From positions 39,618,001 to 39,682,000 of the forward strand of contig OZ024752.1 of the NCBI GenBank assembly GCA_964016885.1: DNA of 64,000 nt, in the 5' to 3' direction. This DNA is from Eledone cirrhosa. Lineage: Eukaryota. The translations under genes and the position numbers were made by a program. Positions within the stretch are counted from its first letter, which is position 1. Each line of letters starts with the position of its first letter. Under the pieces are notes generated by a model. The model was not told the origin of the DNA and did not search any database. It saw nothing but the letters and a program-made list of their open reading frames with translations. Shown in pieces: positions 42,851 through 55,072 of the stretch.

Positions 42851-43582
42851 TTAACCCTTGTGTTACTAATCAAGCCAAAACTACCCCTAATTCTATGAAA
42901 TAAAAACATCCATTTCAAGGGTTTCTAATTTAAATTAAAATCTTCCAACATAATTTTATATAAAATCCTTACATTAAGTTAATACTTTAGTAATGAAATA
43001 ATTCATTATTTTATATAAATGAAATAAAATCCTTACATTAGTAATGAAATAATTCATAATTTTATATAAAATCCTTACATTAAGTTAATACTTTAGTAAT
43101 GAAATAATTCATTATTTTATATAAATGAAATAAAATCCTTACATTAGTAATGAAATAATTCATAATTTTATATAAATGAAATAAAATCCTTACATTAGTA
43201 ATGAAATAATTCATAATTTTATATAAATGAAATAAAATCCTTACATTAGTAATGAAATAATTCATAATTTTATATAAAATCCTTACATTAAGTTAATACT
43301 TTAGTAATGAAATAATTCATTATTTTATATAAATGAAATAAAATCCTTACATTAGTAATGAAATAATTCATAATTTTATATAAAATCCTTACATTAAGTT
43401 AATACTTTAGTAATGAAATAATTCATTATTTTATATAAATGAAATAAAATCCTTACATTAGTAATGAAATAATTCATAATTTTATATAAAATCCTTACAT
43501 TAAGTTAATACTTTAGTAATGAAATAATTCATTATTCAAAATAGAGTGTATTTCATTAGAAATGTGGTCATGAAAGGGTTAA
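42851..43582. mobile_element. TTAA-CCC...GGG-TTAA MITE with internal AT-rich tandem repeats (about 51-bp units and variants)
   Basis: ttaacccttg ... aaagggttaa termini; repeated aatccttacattagtaatgaaataattcat. Confidence 0.65.
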
Positions 43583-43982
43583 ATATTTGGTGAACTGACA
43601 GAATCACCATTGTTGATGGTGATAGCAGTGGTTGTGACAGTAGCATAAACAGTAGTAGTAGTGATGATGATGATGGTTGTCATTATAGATATTGTAATAG
43701 GGCGGTGGATTGGCAGCATCGGTAGAGGGTCGGACGCCATGCTTTCCAGCATAGTTACGTCCCTTTACGATCTGAGTTCAAATCCCGCCGAGGTTAACTT
43801 TGCCTTTCATCCTTACGGGGTCGATAAAATAAAGTACCAGTAATGCACTGGGTAATTGCTGGCCTTGTGCCAAATGTAGAAACACTTATAGATATTGTAA
43901 TAAGTAGGCTTGTATATGTGTGTGTGTTTACATAAGATAATTTTGTACCTTTTATTATTTTTATACCTTTTCTTTTTCATAG

Positions 43983-44099
43983 GATATAAACGATAACACA
44001 CCTGTCTTGACATTGAGTTCTTCCTCAATAAATGTATTTGAGACAGATCAGGTGGGGAAAATACTGACGACAGTTACTGCAACAGATGCTGACAAACCA
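43983..44099 (+). CDS. Cadherin exon 12 (DINDNTPVL...VTATDADKP)
   Basis: catag acceptor, gtaagt donor at 44100; DINDN and ATDAD motifs. Confidence 0.94.
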
Positions 44100-44108
44100 G
44101 TAAGTAAT

Positions 44109-44281
44109 TACCGTATTTCCTGGCGTCAAAGATGCTACGTCCCCGAGGACACACCATAATTTTGACAACCAAATATTTGAAAAAATATAATAAACAACCT
44201 TCGGCTTCCGGGATGCATGGTAGATTTTTTAGACTTATTTTTAGGAAAAAAGTAGCGTCTTCAATGCCAGGAGGTGCGGTA
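44109..44281. mobile_element. Tc1/pogo-like MITE (TA-CCGTATTT termini); partial copy at 54496-54581
   Basis: taccgtatttcctggcgtcaaagatgctac / gtagcgtcttcaatgccaggaggtgcggta. Confidence 0.65.
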
Positions 44282-44389
44282 TATTTCTTTAGTCAAATCT
44301 TTAACCGTTTTAACCCTGAGCACTTGTTAAGTAAACAGTTCCCAACTCTGGGCATCTGCATGAAAATCAGTGAAAAAAATGATATTCAT

Positions 44390-44812
44390 CAATTAAACCT
44401 AAAAATAAAAGGTCAACATTATTAACCATGTTGCCAACAACAACCCTGAGTACCTTTTCGATTTCCATGTGTCTAACACACGTGGACATGCCCACAAAGT
44501 CAGAAAACAGCACAATTCCCATGACTTTCGGAAACATTTTTTCACGCTCAGAGTTGCTGAAGCATGGAACAAACTACCTGCATCAGTTGTTAGCTGTCGA
44601 GACACTGCATCCTTTAAGGCCTCCATGCTTCCCGAGATCCGCCAACACTACAGCTAATATTCCCCCTCCATACACATACACACATGTATATCATGACTCG
44701 TACACTATTCACTTCCCTGACATTTGTATATTATTCTATGTACTATACATACACCTTTGACGAGTTGTAGTGCACCTGAGCACTTTACACAATAATTTCA
44801 TTATTATTATTA
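44390..44812 (+). mobile_element. CR1-type LINE 3' end
   Basis: TRGHAHKV...RKHFFTLRVAEAWNKLP...SFK followed by a 3' UTR and (ATT)n tail. Confidence 0.85.
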
Positions 44813-45297
44813 TAAATTTATGAACTTAACAAACATCTCAACAATATCTTCTCAAAGAACACAGGCTTAGCCGCAATGTAAAATGATTGAGGATGCAAGC
44901 AGAAGTTATTGAAAATAACAGTAATAAGTATATTTTTACAACAGAGTAGAATACCAAGCTGGCAGGACATCATCAAAATTAGAATATTTTGCTCATTGGT
45001 TCAATCACTTTGAAATACTCCCAGGGCTGTGGAGAGAGAAAAAAAAAGCAACAGGCTTACTAATGGGACTCAAACTATGTATTTATTATTTGTCAGACAA
45101 CCAAACCATGCTACAAATTACACTACTGAGCACCTAACACACTCTTTCTCTCATATTTGTTAGTTAAATTTTTTCCCTCTACAAAGAAAATCATATCAGC
45201 TGAGTAAAGTGAATGAAGCAGAATATTTAACCTCCAAATTTGTACAGAGTTCTTTTCCATCTCTCCCAAGCATAGACATCATCCAAACAATGACAGT

Positions 45298-45618
45298 TTG
45301 GTCTTGGCATGCTCAGTATAGACGACATTAGAGGGCCTAGCTGTTCTTCTTTGTTACAGATAATTGTTTATAATGTCTTGGTCTTGGCATGCTCAGTATA
45401 GACGACATTAGAGGGCCTAGCTGTTCTTCTTTGTTACAGATAATTGTTTATAATGTCTTGGTCTTGGCATGCTCAGTATAGACGACATTAGAGGGCCTAG
45501 CTGTTCTTCTTTGTTACAGATAATTGTTTATAATGTCTTGGTCTTGGCATGCTCAGTATAGACGACATTAGAGGGCCTAGCTGTTCTTCTTTGTTACAGA
45601 TAATTGTTTATAATGTCT
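45298..45618. repeat. 80-bp tandem repeat (4 copies)
   Basis: gtcttggcatgctcagtatagacg at 45301, 45381, 45461, 45541. Confidence 0.95.
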
Positions 45619-46111
45619 GATGACATTTTACATGGAAGTTCTGTAACACTTAAAAGAACATAAATTAATATATTAATTCTGTATAAAAGTGTATTTTTAT
45701 CTTTCATTGTTGAAGTGGACCAAAACTCAGTACTGAATTGTATGGCTACTCTAATGGGAATCGTCTCCCACATGTAGTGTAGATATGGAGAATTGAGGCA
45801 TTTGGGGCAGTGGTAGCTGTAACTTCGTGGAGTGAAACCTTCTTCTTCCTAACAGTTCAGCTGCTTGGACACCACTTTGAATCAAACTACATCAGTTGTG
45901 TTTATTTTGAGCAAGCAACTTCCAGGAGTTAATCACGAGGTTGAAGTCTTTTAGAGATGTTTCTAGGTAGTGCTTGAAGCTTCCTTAGTTTTCCATGACA
46001 ACATGCTTTCCCTAACACAGTTCCCCATAGAGAAACTGCTTTAGGAGGTGGGAGTCTGTTATACTACTGACATGCCCAGTCCATCTCACCTGGGCCTTTT
46101 CTCACAAGGAT

Positions 46112-46447
46112 GGGGGCACATGGCTTAGTGGTTAGAGCATTGGCCTTGCAATCGAAAGCTTGTGAGTTCAATTCTCGGACCGGGTGATGTGTTGTTTCCT
46201 TGAGCAAGACACTTTATTTCACATTGCTCCAGTTTACTCAGCTGTAGAAATGAGATGATAGGGACTGGGGCCCCTATCATTCCACTGCAAAGTGGTCGTG
46301 GAGGTGCCACAGCAAAAAGCACCCAGCACTCACTGTAAATATGGTTGGTGTTAGGAAGGGAATCCAGCTGTAGAAATCAAGCCAGAACCAGTTCCCGTCC
46401 CACCCTTGCAAGCAGGGAAAAGTGGACATAAAATGATGATGATGATG
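46112..46447 (+). mobile_element. tRNA-derived CORE-like SINE, family B, with RTE-shared 3' tail
   Basis: tggcttagtggttagagc...gagttcaattctc...ccttgagcaagacact...; copies at 29968-30300, 30917-31262, 31933-32268, 39578-39910, 61585-61840 (all -). Confidence 0.8.
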
Positions 46448-46561
46448 TACAAACTTGTGATGTTGGTTTATGTGCAGACATATATGCTTTTTTTTTAAAA
46501 ACTTTGTAATATTTCTTTACTTTTGTATGATTCATTGTTGTTTTTTTTTTCTTTTCTACAG

Positions 46562-46702
46562 AACACATTAAACAGTGATATAGCTTTTCAGATAACTTCT
46601 GTTAATCCAAGTCAAGGAAAAGAATTGTTTTACTTGAACCCAATAACTGGAAAACTTAGTATCCGTAAGACACTCACAACTGATTCAAGTACTACCTATG
46701 AT
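46562..46702 (+). CDS. Cadherin exon 13 (NTLNSDIAFQI...FYLNPITGKL...TTYD)
   Basis: Polypyrimidine plus cag acceptor, gtaagt donor; FxLNPxTG motif. Confidence 0.92.
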
Positions 46703-47100
46703 GTAAGTCAGACAATTTTCAGACTTTCACAGAGCTTTAATAATGTTGATAAAATTATCTAAGGTGCCAAAACATTAGAGAACTAGAAGAGGTAGCTATA
46801 CATGTATGTAAATGTGATGTTAATAGCAACATTGAGTGTAAAGATTAACTTGATGACAGCGGAAGGTCTCTGTCGTATAGCTGAAGAAGATCAAAAAAGA
46901 CATAAGAAGCAGAAAAATCTAATTTGAAGAAGATGCATCTTCCAAACAAAATAACAAAATATTGAAAAATGTCATCGTGTTCCACCTTAGAAAATTAACT
47001 TTAAAGTAATTATGATAATAATGACTGGTGCAGGTAATAAGGAGGAGCAAGAGAAGGAGAACAATCATGTATGTGTGTGGGTATGTGTGTGTATATATGC

Positions 47101-47220
47101 GTGTGTGTGAGAGAGAGAGTTTACTTGCATGAGCCTGTCTTTTCATCTATTATATGATCTCTTAATAGATAAAAAGACAGGTTCATGCAAATAAACTCTC
47201 TCTCTCTCTCTCACACACAC
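47101..47220. repeat. Short fold-back bounded by (GT)(GA)/(TC)(AC) microsatellites
   Basis: gagtttacttgcatgagcctgtcttttcatctatta / taatagataaaaagacaggttcatgcaaataaactc. Confidence 0.8.
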
Positions 47221-47548
47221 ACATATATATACACACACATACATATATACACACACACAACATGCCCACACACATTGGCAGTATCAGTAGAGAGTCAGAC
47301 GCCATGCTTTGCAGCAAAGGGTTACGCCCCTTTATGATCTGAGTTCAGATCCCGTCGAGCTTAGCTTTGACTTTCATCCTTACGGAGTCGATAAAATAAA
47401 GTACCAGTTACACACTGGGGTCAATTTAATCGACTTTCCCCTCCCCCAAAATTGCTGGCCTTGTGCCTATATACGAAACCATTATATAACCTCTGACCCA
47501 GCTTTGTAGATATTTTTTTTTTAACAAAGAATCTCTGCTTATTTTCAG

Positions 47549-47731
47549 ATTTTAATTACTGGCAGTGATCGAGGCCAGCCAATACGCTCAGCTCAAAAAA
47601 CTTTCAGCGTCACTGTTGAACGTAATCAAGCCACACCTGTTTGCCCAAATATTTTACCAGTGTCCATTGATGAGACCAGAAATATAGGTGATGCGATAAT
47701 TATCATAAAAGCAACTGATGCTGATACTAAT
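47549..47731 (+). CDS. Cadherin exon 14 (ILITGSDRGQP...VERNQATPVC...KATDADTN)
   Basis: tttcag acceptor, gtaagt donor; DxGxP and ATDAD motifs. Confidence 0.92.
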
Positions 47732-48929
47732 GTAAGTACTAAAATGTTTAATTAACCCTTTAGCATTCAAACCGGCCATATCCAACCAGAATTCTCTAAC
47801 CTTTTTCTGTTCAAACTGGCTGTAACCAGCCACATCCAACCAGAATTCTCTCACCTTTTTCTGTTCAAACTGGCTGTAACCAGCCACTCATACTGATGTT
47901 TAGGTATTGTTCACAAACACATGCATACACACACAAGCACACACACAGACACACAATCAAATGCACAGACACACAGAAACACAAATGTAAATATACCCAC
48001 ACACAAGTATATATATATGTGTGTGTATATATATATATATATATAGAGAGAGAGAAAAGATGAAGTTGAAAATAGCATGGGAGATATATTTAAAGGTCTG
48101 TTTTTCTTTTTTGATTCGTCAAAGTGACATTTTTGAAAAGATAATTGTTTCTACTTTCGGCACAAGGCCAGCAATTACCCAGTGTATTACTGGTACTTTA
48201 TTTTATCGACCCCGTAAGGATGAAAGGCAAAGTTAACCTTGGCAAAGATAATAATTGGCAGTATCGGTAGAGGGTCGGACATGCTTTCCAGCATAGTTAC
48301 GTCCCTTTACGATGTGAATTCAAATCCCGCCGAGGTTAACTTTGCTTTTCATCCTTACAGGGTCGATAAAATAAAGTACCAGTAATGCACTGGGTAATTG
48401 CTGGCCTTGTGCCAAAAGTAGAAGCAATTATTAAAAAATGAGAGGGACAATTCTATTTTTAAAAAATGTTTATGATGTATATAAACGCAGTAATACAGGG
48501 TACCCGACCTCCCATGGGTACATGCTGAAGCATATAAACAATATGCCCCCACTCCCCCCACCGCAAGGTGGCCGTGGAGGTGCCACGGCAAAAAAGCACC
48601 CAGCCCACACTGTAAAGTGGACGTGTAGGCGCCACGAAAAAGCACCCAGCACTCACTGTAAATGAGGTTGGTGTTAGGAAGGGCATCCAGCTGTAGAAAT
48701 CAAGCCAGATCAGTTCCTGTATGAGCAAGGCATGGTCAGCCGACCAGACACTGCCCACAACAGGACAACCCGTCTAACCCATGCTAGCGTGGAAGAACGG
48801 ACGTAAAACGGTGATGATGATGATGATAAAGTATATGAAGAATTACCGGTTTTGATGTGTTATGAAAATCCATCTTATCAAATGTTGAGTGTAAAAAATT
48901 AAAAAGCGTCGATAGGAGTTAAAAACGAA

Positions 48930-49041
48930 AGGTTTAAAATTAAAATCAAAATCAAATGTTTGAATAAATTTTCTTCCATCCTGCTTGCTGAATGGAAGAA
49001 AATTTATTCAAACATTTGATTTTGATTTTAATTTTAAACCT
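48930..49041. repeat. Hairpin with about 50-bp arms and a 12-nt loop
   Basis: aggtttaaaattaaaatc...ttcttccat / atggaagaa...gattttaattttaaacct. Confidence 0.85.
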
Positions 49042-49237
49042 CCAAATTTGTACAGAGTGGAATGTTGGGTGGAATGAAAACATTACTTGTTTTTCTTCAA
49101 GAGAGGAAGTTGTGTTTTGAAAAATACCCTGTGGGTGTTTTGTTAATCGAGTGGTCAAAAGTTCATAAGGGGACAGGGGATTGTAAGTTAGAGCTGAATT
49201 CTGTAGGAGTAGTAGTAGGACGCACATACACACACCC

Positions 49238-49271
<34 letters not shown>

Positions 49272-49492
49272 GTGAAGGCGTGTGGCTGAGTGGTTAGAGT
49301 ATTGGATTCACAATCGTGAGGTTGTGAGTTCGATTCCTGAACCAGGAGATGCGTTATGTCCTTGAGCAAGACACTTTATTTCACGTTGCTCCTTCTACCT
49401 GGAGTTGCGACCGATAGATAGTACTAGCAATTGGAAAGACCAACGGAAACATAGTTTCCTCGGTCCGATTTGACGAAAGTCGATCGACTAGA

Positions 49493-49529
<37 letters not shown>

Positions 49530-49548
49530 TGTGTGTGTGTGTGTGTGC

Positions 49549-49579
<31 letters not shown>

Positions 49580-49683
49580 CATATTTATATATGTGTGTGT
49601 GTGTGTGTGTGCATATATATATATGTGTGTGTGTGTGTGCATATATATATATGTGTGTGTGTGTGTGCATATATATATATGTA

Positions 49684-49720
<37 letters not shown>

Positions 49721-49725
<5 letters not shown>

Positions 49726-50017
49726 AGAAATGGAGAATCAGTGGTGCATATGTATATATATATATATATATATATAGGAACAAGTAGGACCCCGACGGCT
49801 GAGCTCAAACCGTTTTGACGGCTAATTCAGCCGTCGAAACGGCTTGATCTCAGCCGTCGGGGTCCTACTCGTTCCTATTACCCACTCTACTACCCTAAGT
49901 ATTGAGTACTTTGGTGCATTATGGTCCACCTGGTTCCTTACCACATTTCCTTTGTTATATATATATATATAAATATATATATATACATACGCACCACTGA
50001 TTCTCCCTTTCTTATGT
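49721..50017. repeat. Nested inverted repeats: outer about 37-bp arms, inner GC-rich hairpin 49774-49878
   Basis: Both layers visible as reverse complements; separated by (TA)n. Confidence 0.8.
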
Positions 50018-50050
50018 GATAAATGGAAAATATCACTATAGCATCATATT

Positions 50051-50110
50051 TATTTTATTATACATATTTCAAGGATTCTCAATTGTAGTATGCTTTCATC
50101 AGATAAAATA
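50051..50110 (-). ncRNA. Type I hammerhead ribozyme motif
   Basis: uauuuuau-CUGAUGA-aagcau.../...auccuu-GAAA-uaugu-AUA-auaaaaua; 8-bp stem I; same family as 35990. Confidence 0.75.
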
Positions 50111-50914
50111 CAATATTTGATGTATAAAATAGTTGTAACTATCTTATAATATGTATAATAAAATAAATATGATGCTATAGGGATATTTTCCATTTATTAC
50201 TATTGTTAATAATAAAATACTCCAGATAAAATTTACTTGTAGAATGCTTCATATCTCTTATGAGTTCTCTCATTGTTTGCTTTTCATTTTTTGAACACCC
50301 CTAAGGAGAGTTTCAGTCTAGAAATTGCCTTGGCAGTCTCAACATCATCATCATCATTTAACATCAATCTTCCACGCTAGCATGGGTTAGATGGTTTTGT
50401 TCCATTTGATGCGGGAATGATCGGAAGACCTTGTCTCGCTCGCACAGAAGTGTCTCTGGCAGGTTTTTTTTACAGCTGGATACCCTTCCTAACACTAACC
50501 ACATTTACAATGTGTACTGGGAGCCTTTTCACTGTGTCTCCTACACGGCCACCTTACTGTGTGGACTGTTGTGTCATCGACACAGTGGACGGAACAGGAG
50601 ATGGTGGTGGGGTGTACATTGAGTTAAGAGGTGCCTACTGACTGTAGGTTTGTATGCAATGTTAGTTGGGTCTTCTGTACAACTGCATGGCGCCAAAGTC
50701 TCGACCCAGTGCCATTGTCTTAGAGAGGTGTAGGTGGGCAAGGTCAATCGATTGAAATCATTTCCCATTTACTATATTCACACAACCAAGGGAAAGACAT
50801 GCTAACCAGGTCCTGTATTGGCACCCCGTGGAAAGAGGTAAAGAGGACAGCACAAGATGAAATGGCAGCAGACAATCAACAGAGTCCTGAAACCCGTCAA
50901 TAAAAGCTGGAATG

Positions 50915-52810
50915 ATGTATTGATAGATGTAACTGACCATGGTGGTCATTGGAGCACTTTGGCTGCCTCGTGTGTCTCAAGACATGGGATGTATTGATAG
51001 ATGTAACTGACCATGGTGGTCATTGGAGCACTTTGGCTGCCTCGTGTGTCTCAAGACATGGGATGTATTGATAGATGTAACTGACCATGGTGGTCATTGG
51101 AGCACTTTGGCTGCCTCGTGTGTCTCAAGACATGGGATGTATTGATAGATGTAACTGACCATGGTGGTCATTGGAGCACTTTGGCTGCCTCGTGTGTCTC
51201 AAGACATGGGATGTATTGATAGATGTAACTGACCATGGTGGTCATTGGAGCACTTTGGCTGCCTCGTGTGTCTCAAGACATGGGATGTATTGATAGATGC
51301 AACTGACCATGGTGGTCATTGGAGCACTTTGGCTGCCTCGTGTGTCTCAAGACATGGGATGTATTGATAGATGTAACTGACCATGGTGGTCATTGGAGCA
51401 CTTTGGCTGCCTCGTGTGTCTCAAGACATGGGATGTATTGATAGATGTAACTGACCATGGTGGTCATTGGAGCACTTTGGCTGCCTCGTGTGTCTCAAGA
51501 CATGGGATGTATTGATAGATGTAACTGACCATGGTGGTCATTGGAGCACTTTCGCTGCCTCGTGTGTCTCAAGACATGGGATGTATTGATAGATGCAACT
51601 GACTGTGGTGGTCATTGGAGCACTTTGGCTGCCTCGTGTGTCTCAAGACATGGGATGTATTGATAGATGTAACTGACCATGGTGGTCATTGGAGCACTTT
51701 GGCTGCCTCGTGTGTCTCAAGACATGGGATGTATTGATAGATGTAACTGACCATGGTGGTCATTGGAGCACTTTGGCTGCCTCGTGTGTCTCAAGACATG
51801 GGATGTATTGATAGATGCAACTGACCATGGTGGTCATTGGAGCACTTTGGCTGCCTCGTGTGTCTCAAGACATGGGATGTATTGATAGATGTAACTGACC
51901 ATGGTGGTCATTGGAGCACTTTGGCTGCCTCGTGTGTCTCAAGACATGGGATGTATTGATAGATGTAACTGACCATGGTGGTCATTGGAGCACTTTGGCT
52001 GCCTCATGTGTCTCAAGACGTGGGATGTATTGATAGATGTAACTGACCATGGTGGTCATTGGAGCACTTTGGCTGCCTCGTGTGTCTCAAGACATGGGAT
52101 GTATTGATAGATGTAACTGACCATGGTGGTCATTGGAGCACTTTGGCTGCCTCGTGTGTCTCAAGACATGGGATGTATTGATAGATGTAACTGACCATGG
52201 TGGTCATTGGAGCACTTTGGCTGCCTCGTGTGTCTCAAGACATGGGATGTATTGATAGATGTAACTGACCATGGTGGTCATTGGAGCACTTTGGCTGCCT
52301 CGTGTGTCTCAAGACATGGGATGTATTGATAGATGCAACTGACCATGGTGGTCATTGGAGCACTTTGGCTGCCTCGTGTGTCTCAAGACATGGGATGTAT
52401 TGATAGATGTAACTGACCATGGTGGTCATTGGAGCACTTTGGCTGCCTCGTGTGTCTCAAGACATGGGATGTATTGATAGATGTAACTGACCATGGTGGT
52501 CATTGGAGCACTTTGGCTGCCTCGTGTGTCTCAAGACATGGGATGTATTGATAGATGTAACTGACCATGGTGGTCATTGGAGCACTTTGGCTGCCTCGTG
52601 TGTCTCAAGACATGGGATGTATTGATAGATGCAACTGACCATGGTGGTCATTGGAGCACTTTGGCTGCCTCGTGTGTCTCAAGACATGGGATGTATTGAT
52701 AGATGTAACTGACCATGGTGGTCATTGGAGCACTTTGGCTGCCTCGTGTGTCTCAAGACATGGGATGTATTGATAGATGCAACTGACAGTGGTTATTGGA
52801 GCACTTTGGC
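50915..52810. repeat. 74-bp tandem repeat (about 25 copies) derived from a LINE 3' coding end
   Basis: Period 50917/50991; upstream reads VLYWHPVERGKRGQHKMKWQQTI...KSWNDVLIDVTD into unit 1. Confidence 0.93.
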
Positions 52811-53267
52811 ATATTTGAGGACTCTGCCCCCTACAACCCACCCAGGAATAAGTGGCAAAGAAGAAAAGTATATTAGTCTTGGATCAGCATGGATTGAAGA
52901 GACTTAGGAACAATAACATTGTAACCATTACTATCCAGTTTGTTTTTGTTGTTGTTGTTTTCCAGACATATTGTATCTAGGAATACATACTGCACAGTGT
53001 TCTTCTAATTTCTAAATGATAGGGAGTAATTTGAGGGAGATTTAAATGATATTTTTAGTAGGTAAATCAAGGCCAAAACATTCACTTGAAGTGGGGGTTC
53101 TTCTCTGAAGATATCTGCTGTCCAGCTCTTCTCTGAGAGTTTTTTGCCACTATTCTTATTAGTTTGTAATATATTGTTGTTATTGATGATAATGGTGATG
53201 TGTGGTGGTATTTGTTGATGGTTCATGGTGGTTATGTTGATGAGGATGGTTTCAATTTTCTTTTTAG

Positions 53268-53393
53268 AAATATGGTCAAATTGACTACCGTCTAGCTGGA
53301 AGTGTTTTTGCCATGACTTATTTTAGTGTTGATTCCAGTGGTACTATAAAACTTATAAAGTCACTGATCCAGGATGGTTCTCTACAGTATAAG
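53268..53393 (+). CDS. Cadherin exon 15 (KYGQIDYRL...YFSVDSSGTI...QYK)
   Basis: ttttag acceptor, aag/gtgagg donor; YFxVDxxG motif. Confidence 0.9.
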
Positions 53394-53692
53394 GTGAGGA
53401 AAATTCTTTTTTTTACATGATCGTGCTCAATTTTTGTTTAAAATGTAATTCTGTTGGCAGAAAAATTCATAGGCTGACAAAACTGTTTTTCCTACAGTCT
53501 CATCTGTATTTCTTATCAGAAAATATTGGTAAGAGATGAGCAAAATAAACGATTCCCTCAAGTTATTCCTACAATGGAAACATGATACCAAGGATCTGGG
53601 ATTGATGGTATAATGGCTGACTATTGCTGGATGCTTTAACATGGAATACACATTACAAGAGAAAAATCATATACACAATATTTGTATAATGT

Positions 53693-53746
<54 letters not shown>

Positions 53747-53810
53747 TATGAAACATGAAAATTATGAAAATAAAACAAGGAAGCCTTCAATACATCAAAA
53801 GTCTTTATTA

Positions 53811-53848
53811 GCCAACAATGTTTTGTCCTATTAAGGACTCATCAGGGC
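53811..53848 (-). ncRNA. Minimal hammerhead with G12->A lesion (probably inactive)
   Basis: gcc-CUGAUGA-gucc/ggac-AAAA-cauu-GUU-ggc; GAAA changed to AAAA at a CpG. Confidence 0.6.
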
Positions 53849-53867
53849 AATCAAAACCACAAGAAGC

Positions 53868-53909
<42 letters not shown>

Positions 53910-53913
<4 letters not shown>

Positions 53914-54290
53914 TACTTTGGGAGGGTCATGTTGCACCAGTTGCTTTCACTTCAATTTATTATATATTTATAAATTTATAAATTTCTGGTTGGTTGGTTG
54001 GTTGGTTCCACAACCAGATAGTTGTTTACACAGAAACAAAATGGCGTAGGACAGAACAAAGGAGAGGCACAGAAACAAAGAAAGGAATCCCCAGTCACTG
54101 AAGAGGTCACAGAGTGTGTGACGAAAGGACCATGACTATATATAAACAACTATCTGGTTGTGGAACCAACCAACCAACCAGAAATTTATAAATTTATAAA
54201 TTTGTAAATTTATAAATATATAATAAATTGAAGTGAAAGCAACTGGTGCGTGTGTTTCTTATTGGCAACATGACCCTCCCAAAGTATAAC
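53910..54290. mobile_element. Inverted-arm element around a hammerhead-like core; second copy at about 24798-25075
   Basis: gttatactttgg..gggtcatgttgc..ggttggttccacaaccaga repeated in inverted orientation; adjoins (TA)n. Confidence 0.7.
54094..54136 (+). ncRNA. Degenerate hammerhead-like motif (U16.1 lost)
   Basis: guca-CUGAAGA-g-gucaca/ugugac-GAAA-ggacca-ugac; same family as 24977. Confidence 0.5.
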
Positions 54291-54348
54291 AATATCGGTT
54301 TAACACACGATTTCAGATAAAGAATCTTGCTAAACAAATTCAGAAACG

Positions 54349-54385
<37 letters not shown>

Positions 54386-54435
54386 TATAGTTATGTAATA
54401 AACAACATAAGACAATTATTCCATTTACCAAAGGT

Positions 54436-54495
54436 TTCACGAAGACAGACGAGCTTGACACAGGCGTCTGTGTCAAGCTCGTCTGTCTTCATGAA
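54436..54495. repeat. Hairpin with 28-bp arms and a GCGT loop
   Basis: ttcacgaagacagacgagcttgacacag-gcgt-ctgtgtcaagctcgtctgtcttcatgaa. Confidence 0.85.
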
Positions 54496-54892
54496 CAACT
54501 TTCGGCCTCCAGGACGCATGGTAGATTTTTGAGACTTATTTTAGGAAAAAAGTAGCATCTTCGACGCTGGGAAATACGGTAGGTCACTGATATATGCTGT
54601 TAGTTCTGCTCCATTGAACATGCAAGCTATGCCTTCTCCTGATCATTCTTTAGTTATCCTTGATGAATAAAATATCTTGCCCATCAGACCCTATTTTAAA
54701 CATTTCACCCAAGATTTGCATCTCTCTGGAACGTCCACCTTCTTTAAACAAGGGACCAAGTTAAACAGTAATCTCACCAACCTCCCTTAGTTCACATAGA
54801 TCTGTAAATGTCTTTCGACTACATAACAAATAATTATTATTCCTACTTTTCCTTTAATAAAATATAAAATAATTACCACTTCTTTTTTACAG

Positions 54893-55072
54893 CTTTCCAT
54901 AATTGCCAAAGATGGTGGAGGCAAAGAAGCAACATGTGGTGTTATTGTGAATGTTGTGAGGAATTTATATATACCAGTTTTCACACAATTGAGTTACAAG
55001 AAACAAATTCCAGAGAACTATCCATTGTTGACTGAAGTTGTAAAACTTTCTGCATCAGATGGCGACCGAAAT
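54893..55072 (+). CDS. Cadherin exon 16 (LSIIAKDGGG...VRNLYIPVF...IPEN...SASDGDRN)
   Basis: tttacag acceptor, gtaatg donor; AxDGG, PEN and AxDxD motifs. Confidence 0.92.

Noticed and set aside
46112-46190. tRNA-like sequences (also 49274-49345)
   Set aside because: They continue directly into SINE body sequence; these are SINE heads, not tRNA genes.
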